A DNA stretch of 40,423 nt from an uncultured Methanosarcinales archaeon (GTDB lineage Archaea; Nanobdellota; Nanobdellia; Woesearchaeales; JABMPP01), in NCBI GenBank assembly GCA_964604995.1, contig CAZSAD010000002.1, positions 1-40,423 on the forward strand, read 5' to 3'. Both the position numbers and the translations under genes were made by a program. Under the pieces are notes generated by a model. It saw nothing but the letters and a program-made list of their open reading frames with translations, had not been told where the DNA came from and did not search any database. Below are positions 1 to 9,154 of this stretch, one piece after another. Position 1 is the stretch's first letter. Each line of letters opens with the position of its first letter.

Positions 1-292
1 AATTATTTAACCTTTTTTCAGTATCAAACAGATTATTTGTAATCTCTTCTCCATTCTTTCTATATAAAAAGTAGTTATAAAACATTAATAAAAATAATAT
101 AATTGTAAAAGTAAGAATATAATTCTTCGATATTTCAAATATATATAAAATTGGTATTCCCGACAATAGAATTGTAACAAATAATGTTTGTTTTGAAAAA
201 AATTTATTATAAACAAATAAAGCTATATTTACTTGGTTTTGATATCTGAATTTTTCTTTTTCTATAAATATTAACAATTTGTTTTTACTCAT
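1..292 (-). CDS. Hypothetical membrane protein, partial (runs off left edge)
   Basis: Manual translation from ATG at 292 (MSKNKLLIFIEKEKFRYQNQV...) is open to position 1 with two hydrophobic stretches; not in the ORF track because there is no stop in the window. Confidence 0.55.
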   Translation of the reverse strand, partial: MSKNKLLIFIEKEKFRYQNQVNIALFVYNKFFSKQTLFVTILLSGIPILYIFEISKNYILTFTIILFLLMFYNYFLYRKNGEEITNNLFDTEKRLNN

Positions 293-299
293 GGGATAA

Positions 300-446
300 T
301 TAACATTTATGGTTTTTTATATGTTTTGGGCAATAATTTCTTTTGCATGTTTTACATTTAGTTGCACATTTTTTACATAGAATGAATCCTTTCCAAATTA
401 AATGAAATTTTTGGCATTGAATAAATTTACCTTTTTCACTCACCAC
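300..446 (-). CDS. Small Cys/His-rich putative zinc-binding protein (~48 aa)
   Basis: Manual translation from GTG at 446: (M)VSEKGKFIQCQKFHLIWKGFILCKKCATKCKTCKRNYCPKHIKNHKC*; contains CxxC-x3-CxxC-x4-CxxH-x3-HxC; TATA box (468-475) 21 nt upstream fits a leaderless start. Confidence 0.55.
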   Translation of the reverse strand: MVSEKGKFIQCQKFHLIWKGFILCKKCATKCKTCKRNYCPKHIKNHKC

Positions 447-513
447 TAGACATTTGTCGACGGAGAGTATATAAATGGTATTTCTTAATTTTACATCACT
501 TCAGACAATGCTC

Positions 514-563
514 AACTGCTAAATTAAGATTTTGCGAATTCTTTGAAAATCTTTTACGCAGTT
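514..563 (+). promoter_or_regulatory. Stem-loop in 5' UTR of endonuclease-transaldolase unit
   Basis: AACTGC(514-519)/GCAGTT(558-563) enclose AAGATTTT/AAAATCTT; lies between TATA-like TATATAAA (468-475) and SD-like GGTGA (580-584). Confidence 0.4.
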
Positions 564-590
564 TCGCCAAAACTAACTCGGTGATTTAAA

Positions 591-1631
591 ATGAAATTAA
601 AAAATAATATTCAAAAAATGAGTTCACACAATCTTAATATTAATGAAGATGTGAAGCAGGTTTTGCTGGGTACACTATTTGGAGATGCTTCCTTACCGAA
701 AACATCGAAAAACGCTTCTTATAGTTATGTCCATAGCCCCAAACAAAAAGATTATCTATTTTGGGTGGCAGATTTATTAAAGAAAAATTTTCAAATTAAA
801 ACAACTTTACGTCAAAATGGCGATTTTCAATTATATCATTTATGGACTAATTGTTCTCCTATTTTGACTTATTTACACTCTTTGTATTATATTAAATCAA
901 GTAAACCAAAAAGAAAGTGGGAGAAAATGGTAAACCTGTCTATTTTAAAAGAATTAAGTCCCTTAGCCTTAGCTGTATGGTATTGTGACGACGGAACATA
1001 TTATATTAGAGATAAATCATGTGGGTTGTCAACACAAGGATTTACTTTGGAAGAAAATAAGTTGATTCAAGATTACTTTCTTAAAAAGTGGGAAATAAAA
1101 GCAACTGTAATTCCAGATTATCGTAGTGATATAAAAAAAATGTACTATAAAATTGTTTTCAATAAGAAAGAAGCTGAGAAGTTCTTATTTCTAATAAAAA
1201 GTTATGTCCCTAAATCTATGATCTACAAGTTAGGCCATATTTCCGAGAAAAACAAAAACATAATGGAAAATGAAGACAAAAGGTATAAATCACTTAATAG
1301 ACTTTGGTATTATAAAAATCATGAAAGAGCTTTAGGAAGGGCACTTCGATATAGGGAAGGTCACAGAAAAATTATCAATACTAAAAGAGTAGAATATTAT
1401 TGGCAAAACCCAGAAAAGTCCAGAATTTCCGGAAAGGAGACAATGAGAAAAAGAAGACTATTGCAGCGAGAAATGGTAAACCTTATAAACAAAAATTACT
1501 ATCGAAGAAACAAGGATAGAATTAATAAAGCTAGACGAGAGAGATTAAAAAAAGATTCAAAATATAGAGAAAGAAGAAATAAACAACAAAGAGAATGGTA
1601 TTGCGGGAGAAAATTAACAAAGGTGGTTTAA
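591..1631 (+). CDS. Free-standing two-motif LAGLIDADG (LAGLIDADG_2-like) homing endonuclease with basic C-terminal helical repeats
   Basis: Motifs VLLGTLFGDASL and LALAVWYCDDG, plus HSPKQKDYL and LSTQGFTLEEN typical of the family; C-terminal Arg/Lys-rich repeats (WYYKNHE, YYWQNPE, YYRRNKD). Confidence 0.85.
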   Translation: MKLKNNIQKMSSHNLNINEDVKQVLLGTLFGDASLPKTSKNASYSYVHSPKQKDYLFWVADLLKKNFQIKTTLRQNGDFQLYHLWTNCSPILTYLHSLYYIKSSKPKRKWEKMVNLSILKELSPLALAVWYCDDGTYYIRDKSCGLSTQGFTLEENKLIQDYFLKKWEIKATVIPDYRSDIKKMYYKIVFNKKEAEKFLFLIKSYVPKSMIYKLGHISEKNKNIMENEDKRYKSLNRLWYYKNHERALGRALRYREGHRKIINTKRVEYYWQNPEKSRISGKETMRKRRLLQREMVNLINKNYYRRNKDRINKARRERLKKDSKYRERRNKQQREWYCGRKLTKVV

Positions 1632-2285
1632 ATGCAGATTTATCTTGACACATGTAATTTAGATGAAATAAGACGAGCTAACGATATTTTGCCCCTTCAG
1701 GGCGTAACTACAAATCCATCTTTAATCATGAAAGAAGGCAGAGATTATAAAGAAACATTAAAAGAGATTTGTGAAATTGTAGATGGTCCAGTTAGTGCAG
1801 AAACAATTAGTAATGATGCAGAAGGTATGTTAAAAGAAGGAAAAGAATTTGTAAAATTGCATGAAAATATTATAATTAAAGTTCCTTTAACACATGAGGG
1901 AATAAAAGCATGTAGATTACTTACAAATGAAGGAATAAAAGTTAATGTGACACTTTGTTTTTCAGCTAATCAAGCGCTTCTTGCAGCCAAAGCAGGAGCA
2001 TATATAATTAGTCCATTTGTTGGAAGATTAGATGATATTGGTCAAACAGGAATGGAATTAATTAGTGAAATAAAACAAATCTATTCTAATTATGGATTTC
2101 AAACACAAATACTTGTTGCAAGTGTACGAAATCCAATACATGTAAAAGATGCAGCATTAATCGGTGCTGATATTGTAACAATACCTTACTCTATATTTGA
2201 TAGTATGTTTAAACATTCACTTACAGATTCAGGAGTTAAAAAGTTCCTTGAAGATTGGGATAAAGTTAAAGGTAAACAGAAATAA
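1632..2285 (+). CDS. tal: Transaldolase / fructose-6-phosphate aldolase (short TalC/MipB type)
   Basis: [19 protein letters not shown], catalytic Lys in [26 protein letters not shown] motifs; 217 aa. Confidence 0.93.
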   Translation: MQIYLDTCNLDEIRRANDILPLQGVTTNPSLIMKEGRDYKETLKEICEIVDGPVSAETISNDAEGMLKEGKEFVKLHENIIIKVPLTHEGIKACRLLTNEGIKVNVTLCFSANQALLAAKAGAYIISPFVGRLDDIGQTGMELISEIKQIYSNYGFQTQILVASVRNPIHVKDAALIGADIVTIPYSIFDSMFKHSLTDSGVKKFLEDWDKVKGKQK

Positions 2286-2377
2286 TAATCAATTTAAAAA
2301 TTTCATAAATAAATTTAGGAGTTTTGATTAAATCTATTTTAACTAAATAATATAAACTCCAACAACTTTTATATTTT

Positions 2378-2863
2378 ATGAAGCAAGGTCTTAAATTTAT
2401 AGCGTGGTACAAAGGAATAACAGGAGCTTTGGCGCTTATTCTTGTTCTTTCTATTTTGATTTATGGCAGAGTAAGAATCAATGATCTTATTTCAAAAACC
2501 TATTCATTCGAATTTCAAGAGGACCCAAAAGATGTTTTTCTTAACTGGGTTGCACCTTTTCCGCACATCATTGCATCAAGCACTTATTGGATTTTTTTGA
2601 CGGCAATGACGTTTTATGGAATAACACACTTAATTATTGCATATGAAATTTCAAAAGGAAGATACTGGTCAATTGTTTTTGTATTCTGGATTTTGCTTGT
2701 TTTTCTGTCAATAGAATTAATAAGCATTATTCACAGATTAAAGCTCAGTAAAATAGTAGTGTTTATTGTTAATGTAGCTATTGTTATCTATCTTTACAAT
2801 TATATTAAAAAATATCATAATAGCTTTAATTTGTTTAAGCACCTTAAAGAAATATTTACGTAG
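2378..2863 (+). CDS. Membrane protein, DUF2127-like
   Basis: LKFIAWYKGITG start, four hydrophobic helices, IVNVAIVIYL end resemble DUF2127 proteins. Confidence 0.6.
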   Translation: MKQGLKFIAWYKGITGALALILVLSILIYGRVRINDLISKTYSFEFQEDPKDVFLNWVAPFPHIIASSTYWIFLTAMTFYGITHLIIAYEISKGRYWSIVFVFWILLVFLSIELISIIHRLKLSKIVVFIVNVAIVIYLYNYIKKYHNSFNLFKHLKEIFT

Positions 2864-2940
2864 AAATTTCCCTCCAAAAATGGAGGGAGTTCTTTTACTT
2901 TAGCAATGCACAAAATTTGTAAACAACAGTCATTGCTAAA
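2862..2940. repeat. Two tandem inverted repeats between convergent genes
   Basis: TCCCTCCA(2869-2876)-AAAA-TGGAGGGA(2881-2888); TTTAGCAATG(2899-2908)...CATTGCTAAA(2931-2940). Confidence 0.7.
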
Positions 2941-3020
2941 ATATATCCAATTAAATTTCCTAACATTTTTCATATCACTTCCTATTATCGCTTTTATTAT
3001 TAAAGTATTTAAACTTTGAG

Positions 3021-3147
3021 TTAAATTTCTGTATCATTAAGATCTGGATTTTCATCCTTTGGTTCTGATTCATCTTGTTTCTTCATCCATTAGAGAGGGT
3101 AATTCTACTTGTTCTTCTTTGTCCATGGCTTTTTTTTCATTTTCCAT
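3021..3147 (-). pseudogene. Small acidic protein interrupted by a 1-nt frameshift (or assembly error)
   Basis: MENEKKAMDKEEQVELPSLMDEE continues in the +1 frame as QDESEPKDENPDLNDTEI*; span is 127 nt = 3n+1. Confidence 0.3.
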
Positions 3148-3185
3148 GTTTAAAGCATTTAAAATATCTTTATTGTTCATTATTT

Positions 3186-5546
3186 TTAGAAATCAAATAA
3201 GCTTGATTGTTTATGTCCAATAATTAAATCATCAAAATTTTTTCCAAAAAAAACAAGAACTGAATCAGCAATTGGTTTTAATTGTTTTTCAATGTAATGT
3301 TCATAATCTATTTTGTTTTTTCTGTTTTCAACAGGCTCTGGTCCTTTTTCTGTTATATAATATTCTATTAATCCAGATGTTTTTCTACCAATTAACCTTG
3401 CAGCTTTTATATGTGGAGGAGTTGTTTTGGTGTATTCATCAACAGATTTTCTGATTGATTTTCTATAAATCAATAAATCATCATATTTACCTTTTTTAAT
3501 ATCTTCCACAAATGAAATAATATAATCATCAATCTTTTCATCCCTAAAAATACGCTCTATAATTTCAAGTTGAAACTTTTTAGCTAAATCAGTCCAATCA
3601 CTTCTTACAAATTCTAATCCTACAAATTCAAGCTCATCTTTTCCTTTGTTTTCTAGTAGTCCAACATATCTTTTTTTTGCACCTTCTTCACTTTTTCTAA
3701 CCTTTGGCATGAGAAATTTCTTGTATACTTTTTCAAATTCTAATTCAAGATAACTTGTTCTATCGAATTTTTCTTTGATATATTCTTTTAAAAAATTATT
3801 TGTTTTGTCTTGGAGTTCATAACCTAATTTTAGAGCTTTTTCATAATCTTCAATATTGGTATTTATAAAAATTGAATCAGTGTCACCATAAATCACATTA
3901 TATCCACTTTCTTGCATTTTTTCAGCACAAAGTTTGATAAAATACTGTCCTGAATGAGTTATACCATTTGCAACTTCAAGACTATAAAATCTACAAGTTG
4001 GATTCGCAAGAACTCCAAATAATGAATTCATTAAAATTTTAATGGCATTAGATTCAAGTTTATTATTTTCTTTTTTTGCTTTGTCTCGTTGCTGCCAAAG
4101 TGAAGTAATGAGCAAAGATAATATTCCATCTCTTTTTTTGAAATGTGCACCATTTGGTGTTTCAACAAGGTCATTTTTATCAAATTTTTGAACATTCTCA
4201 CTTTTTACAAAATCCAAAGGATCAATATTCATTGTTCTCATAATACTAGGATACAGACTTTTGAAATCAAAAACTATTATGTTACTATAAATCCCTGGTT
4301 TCGATTCTCTAACAAATCCTCCTTTTATTCTTTCATTATCTTCTATGGTTGATGCAGTTGGTGCAACATACCCTTTCTTTTGAAGTTCTTTTAAGTAAAG
4401 TGAATCAAAAGAAGCAACACTAGCATTTACCCTGTCTAATTGCATTCTTGTGAGTGTTGTTCTTTTTATTGTAAGATCAATCAACTTTTCTTTTTCTAAT
4501 ATTTCATAAACCATAACTGAATCATGCAAATTATAATCTATTAGGTGTTGAGGATCTTTGTCAAATGCTTTTTCAATATCTTCTTTCCAACTTTCAGTTT
4601 GTTGTATTATTTTTTCTTTTCCTAAAAGTTTTTTTGCAACAGTATTTAATCTATAATCAATCATTTTTATAAATGACATTTTCATTAATCTAATTCCATC
4701 CAAAACACATCTTCCACAAATATCTGCTTTTGAATCTTGAAAAAAAGAATCAGTTAATCTTAGGGAATTTATACTATCATCTCTTCCAAAAGCAAAATCT
4801 ATGTTGTAATAAGAGAATCTTTCTTTTATAACTTTAAAATCAAAATCAATTAAATTCCATCCTGTTATTATATCAGGATCTACTTGCACTATCAATTCTT
4901 TAAATCTTAAAAGCATTGATTTTTCATCTTCAAAACTTTCAGCGTGGTCATATTTTCCAGGTTTTGCAATTAGTACTTTTTTGATATCATCATTATAAAG
5001 AGAAATGCAAAATATTCTACTGGCCTCACCATCTGTTTCAATATCTATTGAAAGTGTATTAAGTTTTACATGATATGATGTTGGATAAATCTCAGGTTCT
5101 TCAAAAACTAAATCAACATGTTGCTTAAAATCAGATCCTTGTTTTGGTTTATTTACACTTTTTATCTCAACACATCCTTTTATGTCATAATCAATCAAAA
5201 ATCTATACACAAATCTTATATCTGCTTCATAACATATTATTCCATTATCTTGTAAAAGTTGTTTTGCACCAGGAACGTCTTTCGGGTTCCATAACAATAA
5301 TTTGATAACAGGTTCATCATCAAAATTTTTTAGTTCAACTTCTTCAAAATCTAATCTTTTAATTAATTCAGATGCTTTATCTTTATCTTTTGTTTTAATA
5401 CAAAAATAAGGTCTAAAATGTTTAATAATAAGAAAACTTTTTCCATTCTCTAATTTACCATATAAATAGATGAATGCTTTTTCAATATCATCAACTATTC
5501 TAACTCTATAAGTCGGATAGATAATAAATCCATTAAAGCTTTCCAT
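3186..5546 (-). CDS. polB: Family B DNA polymerase (Pol II-like) with 3'-5' exonuclease domain
   Basis: ExoI SIDIET, ExoII GWNLIDFD, ExoIII YNLHD, region II DFKSLYPS, region III KILMNSLFG, region I YGDTDS, KKRY; C-terminal PIP-box KQSSLFDF. Confidence 0.96.
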   Translation of the reverse strand: MESFNGFIIYPTYRVRIVDDIEKAFIYLYGKLENGKSFLIIKHFRPYFCIKTKDKDKASELIKRLDFEEVELKNFDDEPVIKLLLWNPKDVPGAKQLLQDNGIICYEADIRFVYRFLIDYDIKGCVEIKSVNKPKQGSDFKQHVDLVFEEPEIYPTSYHVKLNTLSIDIETDGEASRIFCISLYNDDIKKVLIAKPGKYDHAESFEDEKSMLLRFKELIVQVDPDIITGWNLIDFDFKVIKERFSYYNIDFAFGRDDSINSLRLTDSFFQDSKADICGRCVLDGIRLMKMSFIKMIDYRLNTVAKKLLGKEKIIQQTESWKEDIEKAFDKDPQHLIDYNLHDSVMVYEILEKEKLIDLTIKRTTLTRMQLDRVNASVASFDSLYLKELQKKGYVAPTASTIEDNERIKGGFVRESKPGIYSNIIVFDFKSLYPSIMRTMNIDPLDFVKSENVQKFDKNDLVETPNGAHFKKRDGILSLLITSLWQQRDKAKKENNKLESNAIKILMNSLFGVLANPTCRFYSLEVANGITHSGQYFIKLCAEKMQESGYNVIYGDTDSIFINTNIEDYEKALKLGYELQDKTNNFLKEYIKEKFDRTSYLELEFEKVYKKFLMPKVRKSEEGAKKRYVGLLENKGKDELEFVGLEFVRSDWTDLAKKFQLEIIERIFRDEKIDDYIISFVEDIKKGKYDDLLIYRKSIRKSVDEYTKTTPPHIKAARLIGRKTSGLIEYYITEKGPEPVENRKNKIDYEHYIEKQLKPIADSVLVFFGKNFDDLIIGHKQSSLFDF

Positions 5547-5635
5547 AATAATAGCTAAAGAAGATGGTTATTTAAATATTGATAATAAAAACATTAATTC
5601 AAAACATAATAAATAAAATTAAATCAAAAAAGAAA

Positions 5636-6364
5636 TTAATTTTTGGATTTATTACCAAGAATATAATCTTTATCAATAAAAATTGCATTTGTTGTAAACT
5701 TCTCATCAAGTTTTGCTAGCAAAGTATTGAATACAATGTAAGATACCATAATCCCACTTGCAAATAATAATCTTTCAAATGCAACTTGTGGAACAAGGAC
5801 TAACCATTGTGCTCTTGTCATAGGTATTGTCCATATCCAAAGAGCTGTACCAATTGCGTAAGCTGTAAATGTAGAACCTAAACTTTTTAGGAACAATTTT
5901 TGTCCCCATTTTTTTGGTAAAATGTAAGGTAGCAATGGAATTGCCATGTAAAACCCAAAAAACCAAACAGTCCTGCCGACAGGATGCAAAACAAAAGCAA
6001 TTATGGCCAGTACAGGGATAATAATGCTAAGTCTCTGCTGCCAATTTTTATTTCTTGTACCAAAATAAAAAGTTGCTAGCAATATGGGGATGAGTCTTGA
6101 CATGTTAAGCACTGTCCAAGGCATAGCTCTTAGAATATTGTTTGCAATTTCTGCCAGCAAGACTGCAGCGATCCCAAATATAGGACCTAAAAATATGCCG
6201 GCTATCGGTGCAAAGAAGTTGAACACAGTTAAATACTGATTTTCTGCACCAACTAATGCTGAAAAATTAATCCTTTGAGATATCAAAGCCAAAATGGCAA
6301 AAATCATTAAAAATGTGAGTTTTTTTGTCGTGAAATTTTCTTTTAGAAATTGTTTTATTTTCAT
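5636..6364 (-). CDS. Multi-pass membrane protein, possibly ECF-transporter S-component-like
   Basis: 6-7 TM helices, APIAGIFLGPIFG motif resembling S-components; probable start at 6364 after SD GGTGA. Confidence 0.5.
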   Translation of the reverse strand: MKIKQFLKENFTTKKLTFLMIFAILALISQRINFSALVGAENQYLTVFNFFAPIAGIFLGPIFGIAAVLLAEIANNILRAMPWTVLNMSRLIPILLATFYFGTRNKNWQQRLSIIIPVLAIIAFVLHPVGRTVWFFGFYMAIPLLPYILPKKWGQKLFLKSLGSTFTAYAIGTALWIWTIPMTRAQWLVLVPQVAFERLLFASGIMVSYIVFNTLLAKLDEKFTTNAIFIDKDYILGNKSKN

Positions 6365-6470
6365 TAAATCACCCATTTATTTTACAAAAAGTTGCATGTT
6401 TAAAAAGATTTGGAAAAAGTCAATAAAAAATATTCTCAACGTTACATTATTCTTTCTACCTAATATTTTG

Positions 6471-6962
6471 TTATTTATTCATTTCAATAATATAATCTTT
6501 AAATCCAATTTTATTATAAATTCTTCTTGCAATTTTATTTTCACTGTAAGCCATTATCATCAAATCATCAACATTATTTTCTTTGAACCACTCTAAAACT
6601 TCCTTTACTAATTTTGTTCCAATTCCTTTTTTTTGGTGATTTGGTCTTACATAAAGATTAAATAAATGACCTCGTTTTTCTGATTTTACAAATGAGGGGT
6701 TGTTTTGGATTTCTGCACCAACATATCCTATAATTTGATTCATGTTTTTTACATTCTTATTTTCATTTTTCTTTTTATTATCTATTGCAATAAAAAAAAT
6801 GGTATTTGTTTGTCTTAGATTTTTTGCAAGTCTTATACCTAAATTTCTTTTTATATACTCAGGATGCATCCTTTTATCCATTGAACATTCCCATAAGAAA
6901 AATTCTGATTTCAATTGCTTTAATTCTTTAAAATCTTTTGGAAGAGCTTTTCTAATGATCAT
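6471..6962 (-). CDS. GNAT family N-acetyltransferase
   Basis: LYVRPNHQKKGIGTKLV (motif A) and NKIARRIYNKIGF (motif B). Confidence 0.92.
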   Translation of the reverse strand: MIIRKALPKDFKELKQLKSEFFLWECSMDKRMHPEYIKRNLGIRLAKNLRQTNTIFFIAIDNKKKNENKNVKNMNQIIGYVGAEIQNNPSFVKSEKRGHLFNLYVRPNHQKKGIGTKLVKEVLEWFKENNVDDLMIMAYSENKIARRIYNKIGFKDYIIEMNK

Positions 6963-7064
6963 TATATTAGAATATTAACCAAAGAATAAAAAGCTACCTA
7001 GAATTTATTAAAATTGTTTGTTTTTTTTATATGACTATTTTTAACATTGTACATCTTTCTATTT

Positions 7065-7832
7065 TTATTCTCTTTCTTCTTCTTGTGGCTGAACCATCAT
7101 ATAAATTCCTGCTTCTCTTAACAATCTTTCTTCTCTTTCAATTTCTTCTTTTTCAAGCTCTTTTTTAGTTTTCTTCTTTTCTTTTTTAGTTTTCTTCTTA
7201 TCACTCTTCTCTAAAACTGGTGTTTTTATTATGGCATAATCTTCTTTCAATTCTTTTAATAATACCATCATCTCAGCAACCTCTTTTTCAGTTTTAAGAT
7301 TTACTTGATAATCTAATTCTGACCTTAATTCTGATTGCTGGGTCATTATGTTTTGTCCTATCATAATAAATGTGCTAAGAAAAATAGCTTCTAATGATAC
7401 AATCATAGTTAAAAGTCCATAAGGGTAAGGATCAAATACAAAATAAGGTCCAAAGTTCCCATTGTTACATAAAACCCATAGCACGAACCAGATAGTGTGA
7501 AAATAAACAAATCCCATAGTACCAGATGATTCAGTTATCTTAACAGCAAGGCGTGTATGGAAAGTTGAAATTCTTTCAAATTCAATGTTTAAATTTTTTG
7601 ACATGAAATGAATTACTTCATTTGTAACATACCATCTATTAACTTCACTTTTTCCTTCTGTAATGCAATCTTCACATTTAGAAAAAGATTCACCTTTTTT
7701 GAATGCAGTATAATTCTCACATACATTACATTCATAAATTCCAGAAGAAGGTACTCTTTCACCTATTGAATATTTTCCTTTTAACTTTTTTGGCAATATG
7801 CTAAAAACTTTCTTTTTGGTGCCGTTATTCAT
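7065..7832 (-). CDS. DUF1003 membrane protein with N-terminal zinc-ribbon (YjzC-like) domain
   Basis: FDPYPYGLLTMIVSLEAIFLSTFIMIGQN and DYQVNLKTEKE are DUF1003-like; N-terminal GERVPSSGIYECNVC...KKGESFSKCEDC has two CxxC. Confidence 0.8.
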   Translation of the reverse strand: MNNGTKKKVFSILPKKLKGKYSIGERVPSSGIYECNVCENYTAFKKGESFSKCEDCITEGKSEVNRWYVTNEVIHFMSKNLNIEFERISTFHTRLAVKITESSGTMGFVYFHTIWFVLWVLCNNGNFGPYFVFDPYPYGLLTMIVSLEAIFLSTFIMIGQNIMTQQSELRSELDYQVNLKTEKEVAEMMVLLKELKEDYAIIKTPVLEKSDKKKTKKEKKKTKKELEKEEIEREERLLREAGIYMMVQPQEEERE

Positions 7833-7876
7833 AAAACTAGTAAAATTTCAGCACATAAAAAGGTTTTGTTAGAACT

Positions 7877-8200
7877 TTATATTTTATAGTTTGAAGAAGG
7901 ATTATAAGAATTTGAATAATTTTGACTAGGACTATTTGTATCATAAACTGAAGAATGCATTTGATAGTTAGAAGATATTTTTTCGTTTACATGGTAATTT
8001 GAATCATTGCCAAATAATCCACCAATTCCTGCTAAAATTGCAACTATTCCACCAATTGCAAGTGCAGCTCCTAAACCTTTTCCTTTGTTGCCTTTTGAAC
8101 CATAATCGCTACTACCCTGATTAGCATCATGACTAGCTGCAGGTGTTTTATGTTCTGCACCATGTTCTTTACCGTGTGTATCATGTGCTGCTGCGCTCAT
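7877..8200 (-). CDS. Hypothetical single-pass membrane protein with His-rich N-terminus and Ser/Asn-rich tail
   Basis: ORF track; one Gly/Ala-rich TM segment. Confidence 0.6.
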   Translation of the reverse strand: MSAAAHDTHGKEHGAEHKTPAASHDANQGSSDYGSKGNKGKGLGAALAIGGIVAILAGIGGLFGNDSNYHVNEKISSNYQMHSSVYDTNSPSQNYSNSYNPSSNYKI

Positions 8201-8405
8201 TTTGTTTCAACTCAATTACTCAATTTTGTGTTACTGGGACATTCAAGGTATATTTAAGCATTTTGTTTTTGAACTAAATATACTATTTAGTTATTAATTT
8301 TCTTCTACTTCTCCTTTCTTCATTATCTTTAATTTTTTTAATTATGTTTAATTTACCAATTAATATTTGGAAAATTATTTATAATACCTTCAAAATAAAT
8401 CTAGT

Positions 8406-9035
8406 ATGGAATTAAACTTCTCTTCATCAGATCCTGCAGCTCTCAGTAATTTCACAGTTCAAAATTTTGTAGAGAATATTATACCTTTAGCTTTCTTTGC
8501 TATTGGAATTTTTTTATATGGTTTATTTATATTTAAATTTTATAAATTCATTGCCAAAAGAGACATATTAATCCTTAAAATGGGTCAACATTCATCAGAC
8601 TTTAAGGGGTTTTTAAAAAAACTTATTCAAATATCAGCTTATATTCTTGAAAATCTTATTGTAATACCTCTGCTTATTTTTTTCTGGTTTTTAGTAATGG
8701 CAGCAATACTTCTTATTATGGGAAAAACATACAACTCTTCAGTTATTCTTTTGATATCAATGGGGCTAGTTGGAGCAATTAGAATTGCTGCTTATTATCA
8801 AGAAGAACTTGCCCAAGAATTGTCAAAATTAGTGCCATTATCTTTGCTTGCAGTATTTCTGTCAGATTTGACTTATTTTTCAATTGAGAACTCCATTCAA
8901 AATGCAATGAAACTGCCTGAACTTTGGGGGGTTTTTATCTATTATTTTGTTGTTGTAATTTGCTTAGAATTTACTCTTAGAATATTAAAAGCAATACATT
9001 ATCAAATTAAAAATAAAGATCAAAAAACAAAGTAA
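8406..9035 (+). CDS. Hypothetical multi-pass membrane protein
   Basis: About 5 TM helices; TATA-like TTTATAAT upstream. Confidence 0.65.
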   Translation: MELNFSSSDPAALSNFTVQNFVENIIPLAFFAIGIFLYGLFIFKFYKFIAKRDILILKMGQHSSDFKGFLKKLIQISAYILENLIVIPLLIFFWFLVMAAILLIMGKTYNSSVILLISMGLVGAIRIAAYYQEELAQELSKLVPLSLLAVFLSDLTYFSIENSIQNAMKLPELWGVFIYYFVVVICLEFTLRILKAIHYQIKNKDQKTK

Positions 9036-9154
9036 ACTATTTCTTCTGTTATATTGTAGTTTATATTATTATAGTTTATATTACACAATGGTAAATGACC
9101 CAATAACTAATTTATGAGAATATTTTTATATGATGAATCAATATTTTCTTTATT

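Noticed and set aside
508..522. Micro-ORF MLNC upstream of the endonuclease
   Set aside because: Four codons, no amino-acid run, and not at the TATA+22 position used by leaderless starts here
591..2285. Endonuclease as an intein within transaldolase
   Set aside because: An in-frame TAA separates them, there are no Cys/Ser...His-Asn splice residues, and tal is complete by itself
7160..7200. Short tandem repeat encoding KKTKKEKKKTKKE
   Set aside because: Low-complexity charged tail within a CDS; no independent significance
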